A stretch of 63,778 nt of DNA, the filler included, from Octopus bimaculoides (taxonomy: Eukaryota): assembly GCF_001194135.2 (NCBI RefSeq). It is 5 parts of 4 records of this genome, joined end to end, with 100 filler letters (N's around TTAATTAATTAA, not from the genome) between each part and the next. Parts side by side here need not be neighbours in the genome. Positions count along the whole stretch, not along the records: positions 21,741 to 38,095 come from NC_069009.1; 4 more parts are not named here. One strand, given 5' to 3'. The notes beneath the pieces were generated by a model. It was not told where the DNA came from. It searched no databases and worked only from the letters and a program-made list of their open reading frames with translations. This document shows, in pieces, positions 24,265 to 37,249 of the stretch; position 1 is the first letter of the stretch; the number at the start of each line of letters is the position of its first letter. The translations under genes and the position numbers were made by a program.

Positions 24265-26632
24265 TATCATCAGCAACATCCATCATTTTGAATCTTGGTT
24301 TTGTCCCTGTTAATGGGGGTGGCCAGATCTACCTCAATTATCTTTTGTACTAAAGGCACAAGGCCTGGAATTTTAGGGGAGGGGACTAGTCGGTTACATC
24401 GACCCCAGTGTTTCACTGGTACTTATTTTATCGACCCAGAAAGGATGAAAGGTAAAGTCGACCTCGGCGGAATTTGAACTCAGAACATAAAGACAAACGA
24501 AATGCTGCTAAGTATTTTGACCGGCATACTAACAATTCTGCCAGTTCACCGCCAGATCTACCTCAATGCCATACCAACTGCCCTCACACCATCTCACCAT
24601 CTTGCCCGGTTTTGGGCATCCTCCCTCCTCAAGCCAACCCTCCCAATCTCTTCCTCCACCCGTTCCCTCCACATTTTCCTTGATCTACCTTGCTTTCACT
24701 GTCCATTTACCTCAAACTCTAGCACCCTCTTCAGAACATGCTCCTCATCCCTCCACATGTCCATACCACCACACTCCATTTGCCCTTGCCAGCTGTTTTA
24801 CCGATTCCTCCAACCCCAGCATCCCCATCAAGTCCTCAGTCTTCCTCTTATCAAACAGCCTCATGTCACACATTTCTCTCACCATTGCTCTCTCAGTCCT
24901 TCTCAAAATTGTCATCTCTCTCTCCCTCAAACACCATTTCTCACTCCCATACATCATTGCAGCTCCCACACAACTCCTACAAATCTTTCCTTTTGTCTTC
25001 AATGAGAACCTTTTTCCCACATAACAACACTCCACATTCCCTGAACTTCACTCAGCCAAGTCTCGCTCTTGCTGTCACAGCTGCTTCACATCCACCACTT
25101 ACATCCACCCTATTATCCCAANNNNNNNNNNTCGCTCTTGCTGTCACAGCTGCTTCACATCCACCACTTACATCCACCCTATTATCCCAAATAACAAAAC
25201 CCTCTCACCGTTTCCACTGGTTCCACCAGCCCCCCAGCTCCTCTCTCACATCTTCCACAAACAAACTCTCTTGCCAGTCACCGTCTTCATTTTCGGACAT
25301 CTACCATGAATCCATTTCTCACATCTCGTACACAACACCGCCTTTACCATTACCCTCCTCCCACGTACACCACATGGATCCACCTTACTCATTAACACCT
25401 CTCCTTCCACCCCGCTCACCATCACTTTTGTCTTCCCAAGGTTTACCTTCAAACCCTTGCTTTCAAACGCCTCCTTCCATTTCCAAAACTTCTCCCTCAA
25501 CCTCCTCATTGTCTCACTCATCAGAACAAGGTCATCCATATAAAGTATCTCCATTATAAATCCCTCTTTTGCACTCTCCATCACCACATCGACCACTACT
25601 GCAAATAACAATGGTGACAACACAGATCCCTGATGCACACCAACTTTCACTGCAAACTCCCCCAACGGCCCTGATCCAATTCTCACTCTTGTTTTTACCC
25701 CCTCATGCAAACTCATCACTGCCCTCACTATTACCTCTAGTACACCTCTCTTCCTCAATGCCCACTCAGTCACCTTCCTTGGAACCCTATCAAATGCCTT
25801 CTCCAGATCAATGAAGCGCATGTACAATTCCTTCTCCTTATCTCAGTATCTCTCTTGCAATCTCCTTACAATAGACACTGCATCTATTGTCCCCTTCCTG
25901 ACATAAAACCAAATTGCATCTCGTCCCACCCCCTTTTTGAATTCTCCTCTCTGACACCCTTTCTACTATCTTCATTGCATGCTCCAATAACTTCACTCCT
26001 TTATACATCCCACATTACATCCCACTTCCTCTTGAAGATTAGTACCACCACACTTAGTGCCCAATCATCTTCCACCCAGCACACCCTGGCAGAGCTCCAT
26101 CATTGCAACAATCCCTATCGCTCCACTTGCAATTATCATTTCCAAACTTACTTCTGATGGACCAACTACCTTTCCCATTTTCATTTCCTTCATTGCCTCC
26201 ACTACTTCTTCCCGACTAACCCTTTCCACTGACCCCGTCACTACAGCAACTTCCATCCTCTGATCCCATTCATTCTCGTCCATAGTTCCCTCTATATTCT
26301 CCTTCCAAACTTTTCCCTTGTCCTTCTCACTAAAATTCAACTGTCCATCACTCCCCCTCATGCATCTTCCTCACTCAACATCTCTTCCATCATTTTTCAT
26401 TGATTTAATAAACCTAAAAACTCTCTCTGGGTTCTCATCCAGCCCACTCAACCTCTCCTCTGCCTCCTTCCTCATAGATCTCGCAACCACCCTTTTTGCA
26501 CGATTCTTCATGTTATCATACCTGGCTTTTATTTGCTCCGTCCTATTATTACATAGAGCTCTGTGTGCTTCCTTCTTCCTCGTTATCGCATCCCTCACCT
26601 CCTCGTTCCACCACCACATATCTCCTTTCATC
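24265..26632 (-). mobile_element. RTE-clade LINE, frameshifted RT and C-terminus; 5' part in gap
   Basis: FIDLEKAFDRVPR, GVHQGSVLSPLLF, LYMDDL, KGLKVNLGKTKVM, WYGHV and a (GAT)-like 3' tail; split over several ORFs. Confidence 0.93.
24339..24550 (-). mobile_element. Family B SINE inserted in the RTE 3' end
   Basis: Direct repeat gccagatctacctcaat at 24322-24338 and 24551-24567. Confidence 0.85.
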
Positions 26633-28069
26633 NNNNNNNNNNNNNNNNNNNNNNNNNNNNNNNNNNNNNNNNNNNNNNNNNNNNNNNNNNNNNNNNNNNN
26701 NNNNNNNNNNNNNNNNNNNNNNNNNNNNNNNNNNNNNNNNNNNNNNNNNNNNNNNNNNNNNNNNNNNNNNNNNNNNNNNNNNNNNNNNNNNNNNNNNNNN
26801 NNNNNNNNNNNNNNNNNNNNNNNNNNNNNNNNNNNNNNNNNNNNNNNNNNNNNNNNNNNNNNNNNNNNNNNNNNNNNNNNNNNNNNNNNNNNNNNNNNNN
26901 NNNNNNNNNNNNNNNNNNNNNNNNNNNNNNNNNNNNNNNNNNNNNNNNNNNNNNNNNNNNNNNNNNNNNNNNNNNNNNNNNNNNNNNNNNNNNNNNNNNN
27001 NNNNNNNNNNNNNNNNNNNNNNNNNNNNNNNNNNNNNNNNNNNNNNNNNNNNNNNNNNNNNNNNNNNNNNNNNNNNNNNNNNNNNNNNNNNNNNNNNNNN
27101 NNNNNNNNNNNNNNNNNNNNNNNNNNNNNNNNNNNNNNNNNNNNNNNNNNNNNNNNNNNNNNNNNNNNNNNNNNNNNNNNNNNNNNNNNNNNNNNNNNNN
27201 NNNNNNNNNNNNNNNNNNNNNNNNNNNNNNNNNNNNNNNNNNNNNNNNNNNNNNNNNNNNNNNNNNNNNNNNNNNNNNNNNNNNNNNNNNNNNNNNNNNN
27301 NNNNNNNNNNNNNNNNNNNNNNNNNNNNNNNNNNNNNNNNNNNNNNNNNNNNNNNNNNNNNNNNNNNNNNNNNNNNNNNNNNNNNNNNNNNNNNNNNNNN
27401 NNNNNNNNNNNNNNNNNNNNNNNNNNNNNNNNNNNNNNNNNNNNNNNNNNNNNNNNNNNNNNNNNNNNNNNNNNNNNNNNNNNNNNNNNNNNNNNNNNNN
27501 NNNNNNNNNNNNNNNNNNNNNNNNNNNNNNNNNNNNNNNNNNNNNNNNNNNNNNNNNNNNNNNNNNNNNNNNNNNNNNNNNNNNNNNNNNNNNNNNNNNN
27601 NNNNNNNNTGTGTGTGTGTGTGTGTGTGTGTGTTTGTCCCCCACCACCAATTAATTGACAGCTAGGGTTCCCATAACTTAGCAGTTCAGCAGAAGAGACC
27701 GACATAATAAGAACCAGGCTTTAAAAGGAAATCAATACTGGGGTTGATTCATTCAACTAAAAATTCTTCGAAGTGCTACCCCAGCATGGTCGCAGCCTTT
27801 TGACTGACACAAGTAAAAGAAAAGATAAACATGTAGACGAGTAAAAACTCCTGAGTAATTCTGAAGTCACACTAGCAATGTCACTTGTTTCCAATCACCT
27901 TTGGGGAAAATGTTCACACAAGGTGATATATGACTTCCTTGGGAAGAAGTGAGGGTTGGTGAGAGGAAGGGGGAAAGCAGATTTGCATCAAGGAATTTTC
28001 CCTGGCCCATGGCAAGCATGGAAATGTGAATGTTAAAATAATGATGATGATGATGATGATTATACATGC

Positions 28070-28105
<36 letters not shown>

Positions 28106-29162
28106 ATGTGTGTGAGTGTATGCGTGTGTGTGTGTGTATATGTGTATGTATGTGTGTTTGTGTTTGTGTGTGTCTGTGCATGTATGAGGAGGCATATGGC
28201 TTAGTGATTAGGGGTATTTGGCTCGCAGTCATAAGGTTGTGAGTTCAATTCCTGGTGGCAAGACATTTTATTTTTTGCTGTTGGGGTATACATATCATGA
28301 GGGTATACATATCAGTCACTTGTACATGAATTTCACTATCAGGCTGTTCCATTGATCGGATCAACTGGAACCCTTGTTGTTGTAACCAATGGAGTGCCAG
28401 TGATGCATGAAATGGTATCAAAAAGCTCCCAGACTAGTTCTGTAGTGTGCCGACAGATGGCAGCACATGGTTGCATGTGCAGTGAGAGCTGGCAGTGACC
28501 TTCCTGAGGCAGTGTGCCGAGTGACATCGCTGTGGTTACTTTACAAGTTGTGAAATTGTGTGTTTTTGTTATCACATGTATGCTGTAGTCCATGATTTTG
28601 TATGTGTATGCGTGTATATGAATGTGCATGCATGTGTTTGTGTGTGTGTGCGCATATATATGCATGCATGTGTGAGTATATGTGTGTAAGCATGTGTATG
28701 TATGTGCATGTGTGTATATGTATGTGTATTTGTGTATGTGTGTATATCTATTTGTGCATGTGTGTNNNNNNNNNNGCATGTGTGTATATGTATGTGTATT
28801 TGTGTATGTGTGTATATCTATTTGTGCATGTGTGTATATGTATGTGTATTTGTGTATGTGTGTATATCTATTTGTGCATGTGTGTATGTGTGCGTGCATA
28901 TGTGTGTGCATGTATGTGTGTGTGTGGGTGTGTGTGGGTGTGGGTGTGGGTGTGCATGAATGTATGTGAATATCTGTCTTCATCTAAATATCTCATTTTT
29001 TCTTGCTTCAAGTCATTGAACTGTGGCCATGCTGGAGCAGTGCCTTGAAGGGTTTCAGTCAACCAAATTGACCCTGGTACTTGAGTCTGGTACTTCTATA
29101 GGTTTCTTTTGCCAAATTGCAAAGTTAAGGGGATGTAAACAAACTAAAACTAGTCAAGGAGA

Positions 29163-29194
<32 letters not shown>

Positions 29195-30006
29195 TTTGTA
29201 AGTATATGTTTTATCTTTAAATTATTTTTTATCATTAGACTGTGGTCATACTAGGACCCCCAGTACCTTCTGTTTTTCGGTCTGGCACTTATTCTATCTG
29301 ACTCTTTTGCAGAACTGCTAAGTAATGGGGACATAAACACACCAACACCAGTTGTCAAGCGGTGGTAAGGGACAAGCACAGACACAAAGACACACACACA
29401 CACACAGACGCACAGACACATATTTATATTCTTTTACTCTTTTACTTGTTTCAGTCATGTGGCTGTGGTCATGCTGGAGCTCTTTTACTTATTTCAGTCA
29501 TTTGACTGCAACCATGCTGGACCACTACCAGAAAGGGTTTTTTAGTTGAAGAATCAACCCCAGGACTTATTCTTTGTAAGCCTAGTACTTATTCTATCGG
29601 TTCTCTTTTGCCAAACCGCTAAGTTACAGGGACATAAATACACCAACATCAGTTGTCAAGCAATGGTGGGACAATAAACACAGACACACAAACATATACA
29701 TATACGACGGGTGAAAGTGTTTTAGGAATATTCAGCCAGTTGTATACTAATTCATGGAAGCTGGGGATTTCAGTTGATCAAACAAATGATTGTACATCAT
29801 TGAAACTAATGGAAATCTGATTACACTCACACAAACATAACTAGAGTTACATACACATGTGTGTATATAGTCTTCTACATAACTAGACACATTTACATAT
29901 TCATATATATATATGTATGTGTGTGTATACACACACAAACACTCACATAGACATGATACATACATACATGCATATATGTATGTATATATATGTATGTATA
30001 TGTATA

Positions 30007-30047
<41 letters not shown>

Positions 30048-30523
30048 NNNNNNNNNNNNNNNNNNNNNNNNNNNNNNNNNNNNNNNNNNNNNNNNNNNNN
30101 NNNNNNNNNNNNNNNNNNNNNNNNNNNNNNNAGAATGTATATTTGCATGTATGTATATGTGGGTACAAAATATATATGTGTATGTATTGGTATGATTTTG
30201 TTTTGAGCATGTGTGTATTTGTGTATATGTATTTGCATACTTGTTATATATATGTATTTATATATGTGTGTATATATATATATGTGTATATATATATATA
30301 TATATATGCATTGACTGTTAAGTCAATATAATGTATGTATACATACATATATAAATATACACACACACACATATACATATATTCATATATGTGTGTGTAT
30401 ATGTATATATATATTTAAATATATATACATATATATACATATACACACAAACACATGTAATATATACACACACACACTGAAAAAAATATATATATATACA
30501 CACATACATATATGGATAGATAA

Positions 30524-30554
<31 letters not shown>

Positions 30555-31197
30555 TACACACATACACTCATACAACTCTGTATATATATATATAGATGTA
30601 TATTTAGAAAGACAGAAAGAGAGAAAATGAGAAAGAGGAAGGGAGAGACACAGTGATGAAAACGAATACAATTACCCAGGCAGACACACAGACAGCCTGA
30701 CATGCAGACCGACTGACCCTTCTGTCTGTCTCTAAGACAGATAATTGGCCAGTTGATGTATGGCTGAGCAGGCATCACTCAATCAAAGGTACACACAGAC
30801 CATCAGCTGACTGACCGACCACACTGATCAGCCAATCAGGAAACAGCCAGAAATAACAGCTATTGAACTGAGGGATGACCGGACACATGTACACTAAGAC
30901 ACACACACACACACACACATTCTTACAGTCACACTCACTTTCACATTGACATAAACACATGCACATGTCTAAACACGTATGTGTGTGTATACTAATGATA
31001 GACATGCAGACACACACACACTTACATGCACACAGACACACACTTACATATACCATTGTTGGGTAATGATCCAGAGAAAAAGTACTCAATATACAAATAT
31101 AAAGTGCAGTAGTTTATTTAAGCTAGTCCACAAATGCCATTGTCTGACTTAAATAATTTATATACATGTGTATGTATATATATAGATATATATATAG

Positions 31198-31236
<39 letters not shown>

Positions 31237-31693
31237 TATCATCATTGTCATCATCATCATCATCATTTAACATCCATTGTCCATGATGGCATGGGTTGGA
31301 TGATTTGACCAGGGCTGGCAAACTGAAAGGCTGTACTCTAGTCTGTTTTGGCAAGGTTTCTACAGTTGGATGCCCTTCCTAATGCCAACCACTCCTAGAG
31401 TGTAAAGGGTTCTTTTACATGCCTCCAGCAAGGGTATCATTTGTGTGACACCAGTATCTGCCACGACTATGATTTCACTTGGGTTTATGGATCTTCTCCT
31501 CAAACAACTTAATGCCAAATGTTGTGGTCATTTGTCATTGCTTCTGTCAAGCCCAACACTCAAAGGGTGCTTTTCACATGCCACCAGCATCAGCCACCTT
31601 GCCTCCATGAGGCCCAATGCTTGAAAGATGCTTTTTACATGACACCAGCACAAGTGCCAGGTAAGTGACGTCAGCATCGGCCATGATTACTAT

Positions 31694-31740
<47 letters not shown>

Positions 31741-34700
31741 AGAAATAAATACAAAAAAAGGGTTTTGTATGATCGTGTATAGAGGAATATATTATTTTAT
31801 TTAAAAGAGTTCCAACTCTGTCTGTTTTTTATGTTTTATTTATATTCTTGTAAAATTAATGTGGGATATAGAATGTGTAATATATAATATAAGAATAAAA
31901 GGTAAAATGAAATGAAGTATTGAATGTCTTATTGAATATATGAAATATTGAGTATTCAATATAAAGAATTAAATATATAAAGGCTAATATGTATTTTCAT
32001 GCCTAATGGCATTCATCAAGGCTTCATCTGACAGACTGTAACAGACTGGCTAGTTTTTTGTCTTTTATACCTATTCCTTTGGATAGCAGCAGTAGGTGTT
32101 TGGCTATTTTTAGAAATGATGCCAAGTTTATTTTTAGAAATGATGACATTTGAGAGATTTTTTGTGTTTTAGTTATAGGGATAAGATTTTTAAACCCCAA
32201 GTAAGATAAATTTAATCATTGTTTGTTAAGAGTGGGTTTGAATTTCTTAATAAAGTCCTTTTCTCTGCGTTTTCTCTCAATTTCATTCAGGTTGTAAAGT
32301 TTATGGAATGGAAATATCATAAAAGTTTCACGACCAAATGTTGCCAGATGGTTACTCAGTGATATTTGGCGGACTTCTGGGTTTTTAATCTGTTGTCGAT
32401 GCACACGTGAGCGTTCTGATAGTGCATTACCTGTCTGGCCAACGTACAGTTCTTCACAATTAGGGCATTTGATGCAGTAGATTAGATTTCTACTTTTGCA
32501 GTTCATGTTCGCATTGGTGAATATTTTCCCTGTTTTTGTGTTCATATATGGGCCGGTATGAATTGATTGGCATGTACTGCATCGGCTATCATTGCATTTG
32601 GACACAGTGAATGTTTGATTTTTATTGCTGAGGTCAAACCTTGCCTTTGTTAATAGCTTTTTCAAGTTTTTAGGTTGTCTCTTACTGAGAGTTATATTTT
32701 GATCTGTAATGATATTTCTCAATTCCTTACTTTGTGCAAGGTTTGGTAAGTTCGCTTTAACGATATTGAAGGTGTTCTGGTGGCATGGATTTTGTGTCAC
32801 TATAAATAGTATGATTTTTTCCTGTTTTTCTCTTCTTTGCGGTGTCCTCAGTTGTATGGTTATATTCGAAGCCCGCTGATTACCATTTTCTATAAGTAGT
32901 GACAGGTACTTTTGCTTGAGCAGAAATTCTTTTATTTCCATCAGGCGCTGATTTCTGGTCTTTAGATCCTCTATAATAGTACAGATTCTTCTGGCTAAGC
33001 AGTATGGGATGTTACGTTTTGTATGGGGTGGATGGCACAATTTAAAATTCAGGTATTGGTGTGTATCTGTGTGTTTATAATATATATCTGTGGTAATGGT
33101 GGTGTTCTTTTTAATTACCATTATATCTAGGAATGGTAATTTGGTACTGCTCATCTCCTTTGTAAATTGGATGGATGGGTGTAGGTTGTTCAGAAGGATA
33201 TNNNNNNNNNNNNNNNNNNNNNNNNNNNNNNNNNNNNNNNNNNNNNNNNNNNNNNNNNNNNNNNNNNNNNNNNNNNNNNNNNNNNNNNNNNNNNNNNNNN
33301 NNNNNNNNNNNNNNNNNNNNNNNNNNNNNNNNNNNNNNNNNNNNNNNNNNNNNNNNNNNNNNNNNNNNNNNNNNNNNNNNNNNNNNNNNNNNNNNNNNNN
33401 NNNNNNNNNNNNNNNNNNNNNNNNNNNNNNNNNNNNNNNNNNNNNNNNNNNNNNNNNNNNNNNNNNNNNNNNNNNNNNNNNNNNNNNNNNNNNNNNNNNN
33501 NNNNNNNNNNNNNNNNNNNNNNNNNNNNNNNNNNNNNNNNNNNNNNNNNNNNNNNNNNNNNNNNNNNNNNNNNNNNNNNNNNNNNNNNNNNNNNNNNNNN
33601 NNNNNNNNNNNNNNNNNNNNNNNNNNNNNNNNNNNNNNNNNNNNNNNNNNNNNNNNNNNNNNNNNNNNNNNNNNNNNNNNNNNNNNNNNNNNNNNNNNNN
33701 NNNNNNNNNNNNNNNNNNNNNNNNNNNNNNNNNNNNNNNNNNNNNNNNNNNNNNNNNNNNNNNNNNNNNNNNNNNNNNNNNNNNNNNNNNNNNNNNNNNN
33801 NNNNNNNNNNNNNNNNNNNNNNNNNNNNNNNNNNNNNNNNNNNNNNNNNNNNNNNNNNNNNNNNNNNNNNNNNNNNNNNNNNNNNNNNNNNNNNNNNNNN
33901 NNNNNNNNNNNNNNNNNNNNNNNNNNNNNNNNNNNNNNNNNNNNNNNNNNNNNNNNNNNNNNNNNNNNNNNNNNNNNNNNNNNNNNNNTGGTATTTTGTT
34001 TTAGGGGGAAGTTTGATAGGGTGTCAATATATTGGTCAAGGTAGATATTTCTGCCTTTTGGTGTGGTGAAATTTGATTTATTCCTCACTAAAGAATCTTC
34101 GGTTTCATTATTATTTTTATTATTAATATTAGTGGTGAAGAATTCAACAAGTCGTAATTTGCGACAGAATTTCTGGATATCTCCCTTTAGTTCATGGTGG
34201 TTGACTGTTGGTGTAGGTGTAAATTTCAGGCCATTTAACAGAAGTTGGGTTTCATCATTGTCAAGATCTCTTCTGGAAAGATTAATTATCTTAGGATCTA
34301 TATGTCCAGTTGTTTTGGGTATGTTTCCTCTTGGAATTTTTCTTTCTCCGGTGTTTGTTGTCCCGACATTAAAAAATGAATTTTTTTCTGTTTATGGTTT
34401 CTATTTTTGTTAGTGTTGACTTGAAGTTTGTTTTTGTTGTGTTATTTTACCTGGCATTGTTATGTTTGCCGTCCTATTTTCGAAATTATACACCTTCCTT
34501 TTCAATTTGTAAGTATTGGTTTTAATGATCTGAGAGGATGGTCTAGTATTGTTTCTGGTTCTAGGTCAGTTTTCTGCCCAGTTTTTTGTAGGTAATCTTT
34601 GTTGAGGTTTTGAAAATGATCTGGTGTTTCTACGTCTAATGGTCTGATCAGAGAAATATTTATTTTGTTCATGTTTGTTGTTTATAATGTGTACATTAGG

Positions 34701-35010
34701 GTGTTTGCGTACAAAAAGGGAAGAGTTCTTACCGTAGTTCCTCTTTGATTCCTGGTGGAATGGGCGTTCATGTTGCCTCATACTCTGGCTTTTGTTACGC
34801 TGGTGAGATTGTTCTTTTTTATTGTTATTTCTCTGGGTTCTAAATTCTTTACCGTAGTTGGTAGAATATTTATCCAAGAATAGTTGTTTCTGCTGCCATA
34901 ATTTTCTTGATTTGTTCTCTTCTCTGGAGATATCTTTGATCCATAGTTCGCGCATTTTTTCTTTTACATTGCCAGTTGCTAGTTTTGATATTTCATCTTC
35001 AATAAGACTG

Positions 35011-35012
<2 letters not shown>
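31741..35012 (-). mobile_element. Penelope-like retroelement (RT plus GIY-YIG endonuclease); middle in gap, N-terminal region frameshifted
   Basis: IINLS...LLLNGLKFTPTP...FCRKLRLVEFF (about 34390-34090); LNNLHPSIQFT..LPFLDI..TDIYYKHTDTHQYL; KCNDSRCSTC; NLIYCIKC..LYVGQTG..LSER..HR; ..FIKKFKPTLN (33200-32216). Confidence 0.95.
31980..32024 (-). ncRNA. Minimal type I hammerhead ribozyme-like motif in the Penelope 3' UTR (core C3 to U)
   Basis: Minus strand reads AAGCC TTGATGA ATGCC-ATTA-GGCAT GAAA ATACATAT TA GCCTT: perfect 5-bp stem II, near-palindromic stem III, stem I with one mismatch. Confidence 0.7.
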
Positions 35013-35041
<29 letters not shown>

Positions 35042-35975
35042 CTTTTATCATGTTTCATATGAATATGCGTGTGTATGTTGCACCTCCTCCTCTCCTGTCC
35101 ACTCCTATTTTCTTCACCTTTGCCCCCACCCCAAACTGATATTCTCCTTTGACCATGTCTCTCCCCTCCCTGTTTGCCATTCTCTACATCACCTACATAT
35201 CAGCCTCTAACAATCTGTGACTCATCAGACACCCTCTTCAACTTACCTGCACTTCTGACCTCATAACCTCATCTATTTCTTGGTCCCCATCTCCCTATTC
35301 TACCTTGAGGGTACATTGTGGCACCTCATCACCAGCATCTTCTCTCCTTTTTCAGCTGGGGTAGCCATATATACCCTCTACAGCAAGACACGTTTTCATA
35401 CTTCTCTATCGTACTCTTGCTTCTCAACACCTGACATAAGCCATCTCCTGCAATTATACACCCTACCTCAATCAAGGAGTCTTTTCATGGAAGCTACTGG
35501 GAAACCTCACTGGTGCCCGTGACACAAAATGCAGATCAAATATCAAATCCTCATTATGACACCACAAACACTTCAAAATTATATTTCCAATCATGTAAAC
35601 CACCTCAAATATTATTTTAGCAAGTTTAAAGTGATTTCTTTTGTGCTGTAAACCATTTACCATTTCTGTGATGCCACCCTTCCATTATTGCCCCAAGCAT
35701 GTGCTTATTTTACTTAATGGTTAATCTATTGTGGTTATAGAATAGAAAGTTAGCATACAATCTGCAATATTCAGTATCAGGAGTAGGAGCATAAAAACTG
35801 TGAGCGGATATACATGTGTCAAGTAGAGAGGACTCTATACTGATGCTAGTCTTAAATATGCATATATATACATAGGTACAAGCATGACTGTGTAGTTAAC
35901 CCCATCATGCGACACCTTAGACAAATGTATTCTATTACAGCACCAGGTTGACCAAAACTGGGTGGAAAATCATTG

Positions 35976-36024
<49 letters not shown>

Positions 36025-36762
36025 CAGACAGTTGATTTCTATAGTTATTATCAGTGTATTTTGGCAATTTAAATAAGAGTTTTGACTGTTATTTCCAGCA
36101 GATAGAGATACTTAGTGCATGTTTTGGTTAATTTTAATCCTTCAGCTATTTAATGCTTTTTGGGGGCCTGCAATCGCCTATATTATTGATTCTGTTATTA
36201 TCAATTTTAAATTGTTACACTAGATAATAATAGAGTCAATAATATATTCACAAATGATTTTTCTAGTGAATTATTTTTTTTTTCATGTGAATTATTTGCT
36301 CCGTATTGAAATTATTTTCACACTGGTGGCTGCCATGGTTCAGCGCAAAATGAATCTGTTGCAGTGCAGACTTCAGCATGACAGGTTGGCGCTCTCTATT
36401 ATGGTAACACATACTGAGAAAGGTGAGGCTATTATGCCAGTCTAGAAACCACTCTATGTGAGTACAAGTACTTGAATGGATGCTGGGAAATTGTCTTAGC
36501 CTGTTTGCCTTTGGACGGTTGATTTCTGTAGTCATTATCATTGTATTTTGGCAAATATATATATATATATATATATATATACTTTTATTCTTTTACTTGT
36601 TTCTGTCACTTGACTGTGGCCATGCTGGAGCACCACCTTAAAGGTTTTTTTTAGTCAAAGAAATCAACTCCAGGATTTATTCTTTGTAAGCCTAGTACTT
36701 ACTCTCTTGGTCTCTTTTGCCAAGCTGCTAAGTTGTCATGCAATGGTGGAGACACAAACACA

Positions 36763-36849
36763 AAGAGTGTATAAGTATTTATACACAGACAGGTGACCCT
36801 TGACAGGATGCCTTACGTGATCTCTGTGTATAAATACTTATACACTCTT
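36763..36849. repeat. Perfect 27-bp inverted repeat with a 33-nt loop
   Basis: aagagtgtataagtatttatacacaga (36763-36789) is the exact reverse complement of 36823-36849. Confidence 0.92.
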
Positions 36850-36943
36850 ATATTTGAAAATATGTTGTCTATTGACTTTTATTATGCATGCTAGCCACCA
36901 GCATTAAAATTATTCTAAATTTTCTACCCTTATAATTTTCACA

Positions 36944-36994
<51 letters not shown>

Positions 36995-37197
36995 GCTTCT
37001 TCAGTTTCTATCTCCCAAATCCATTCACAAGGCTTTGGTTGGCCCGAGGCTTTAGTAGAAGACATTTGCCCAAGGTGCCATGGAGTGGGACTGAACCTGG
37101 AACCTTGTGACTGGGAAAAACAAAGCATCAGATGATTTGTAGATACTTGGTATTTCGTTATGAATGGGTGTTTAAGAAAGAATGGTTAATGGGTTAG

Positions 37198-37249
37198 ATG
37201 GGTACTGATGAAGGGGCAGAATCCCCCAAAATATGGCATATATGTCCAT
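37198..37249 (+). ncRNA. Decayed minimal type I hammerhead ribozyme-like motif
   Basis: ATGGGTA CTGATGA A GGGG-cagaatc-CCCC (A for G12)AAA TATG-G-CATA TA TGTCCAT; all three stems pair. Confidence 0.6.

Noticed and set aside
25071-25190. Tandem duplication of about 50 bp inside the RTE
   Set aside because: Identical copies flank a 10-N gap, the signature of unmerged contig overlap; the same applies around 28766-28775.
34566-34568. In-frame TGA in the Penelope N-terminal ORF as possible selenocysteine
   Set aside because: It is followed by further TAA/TAG stops and frameshifts in a decayed region, and no SECIS was evident.
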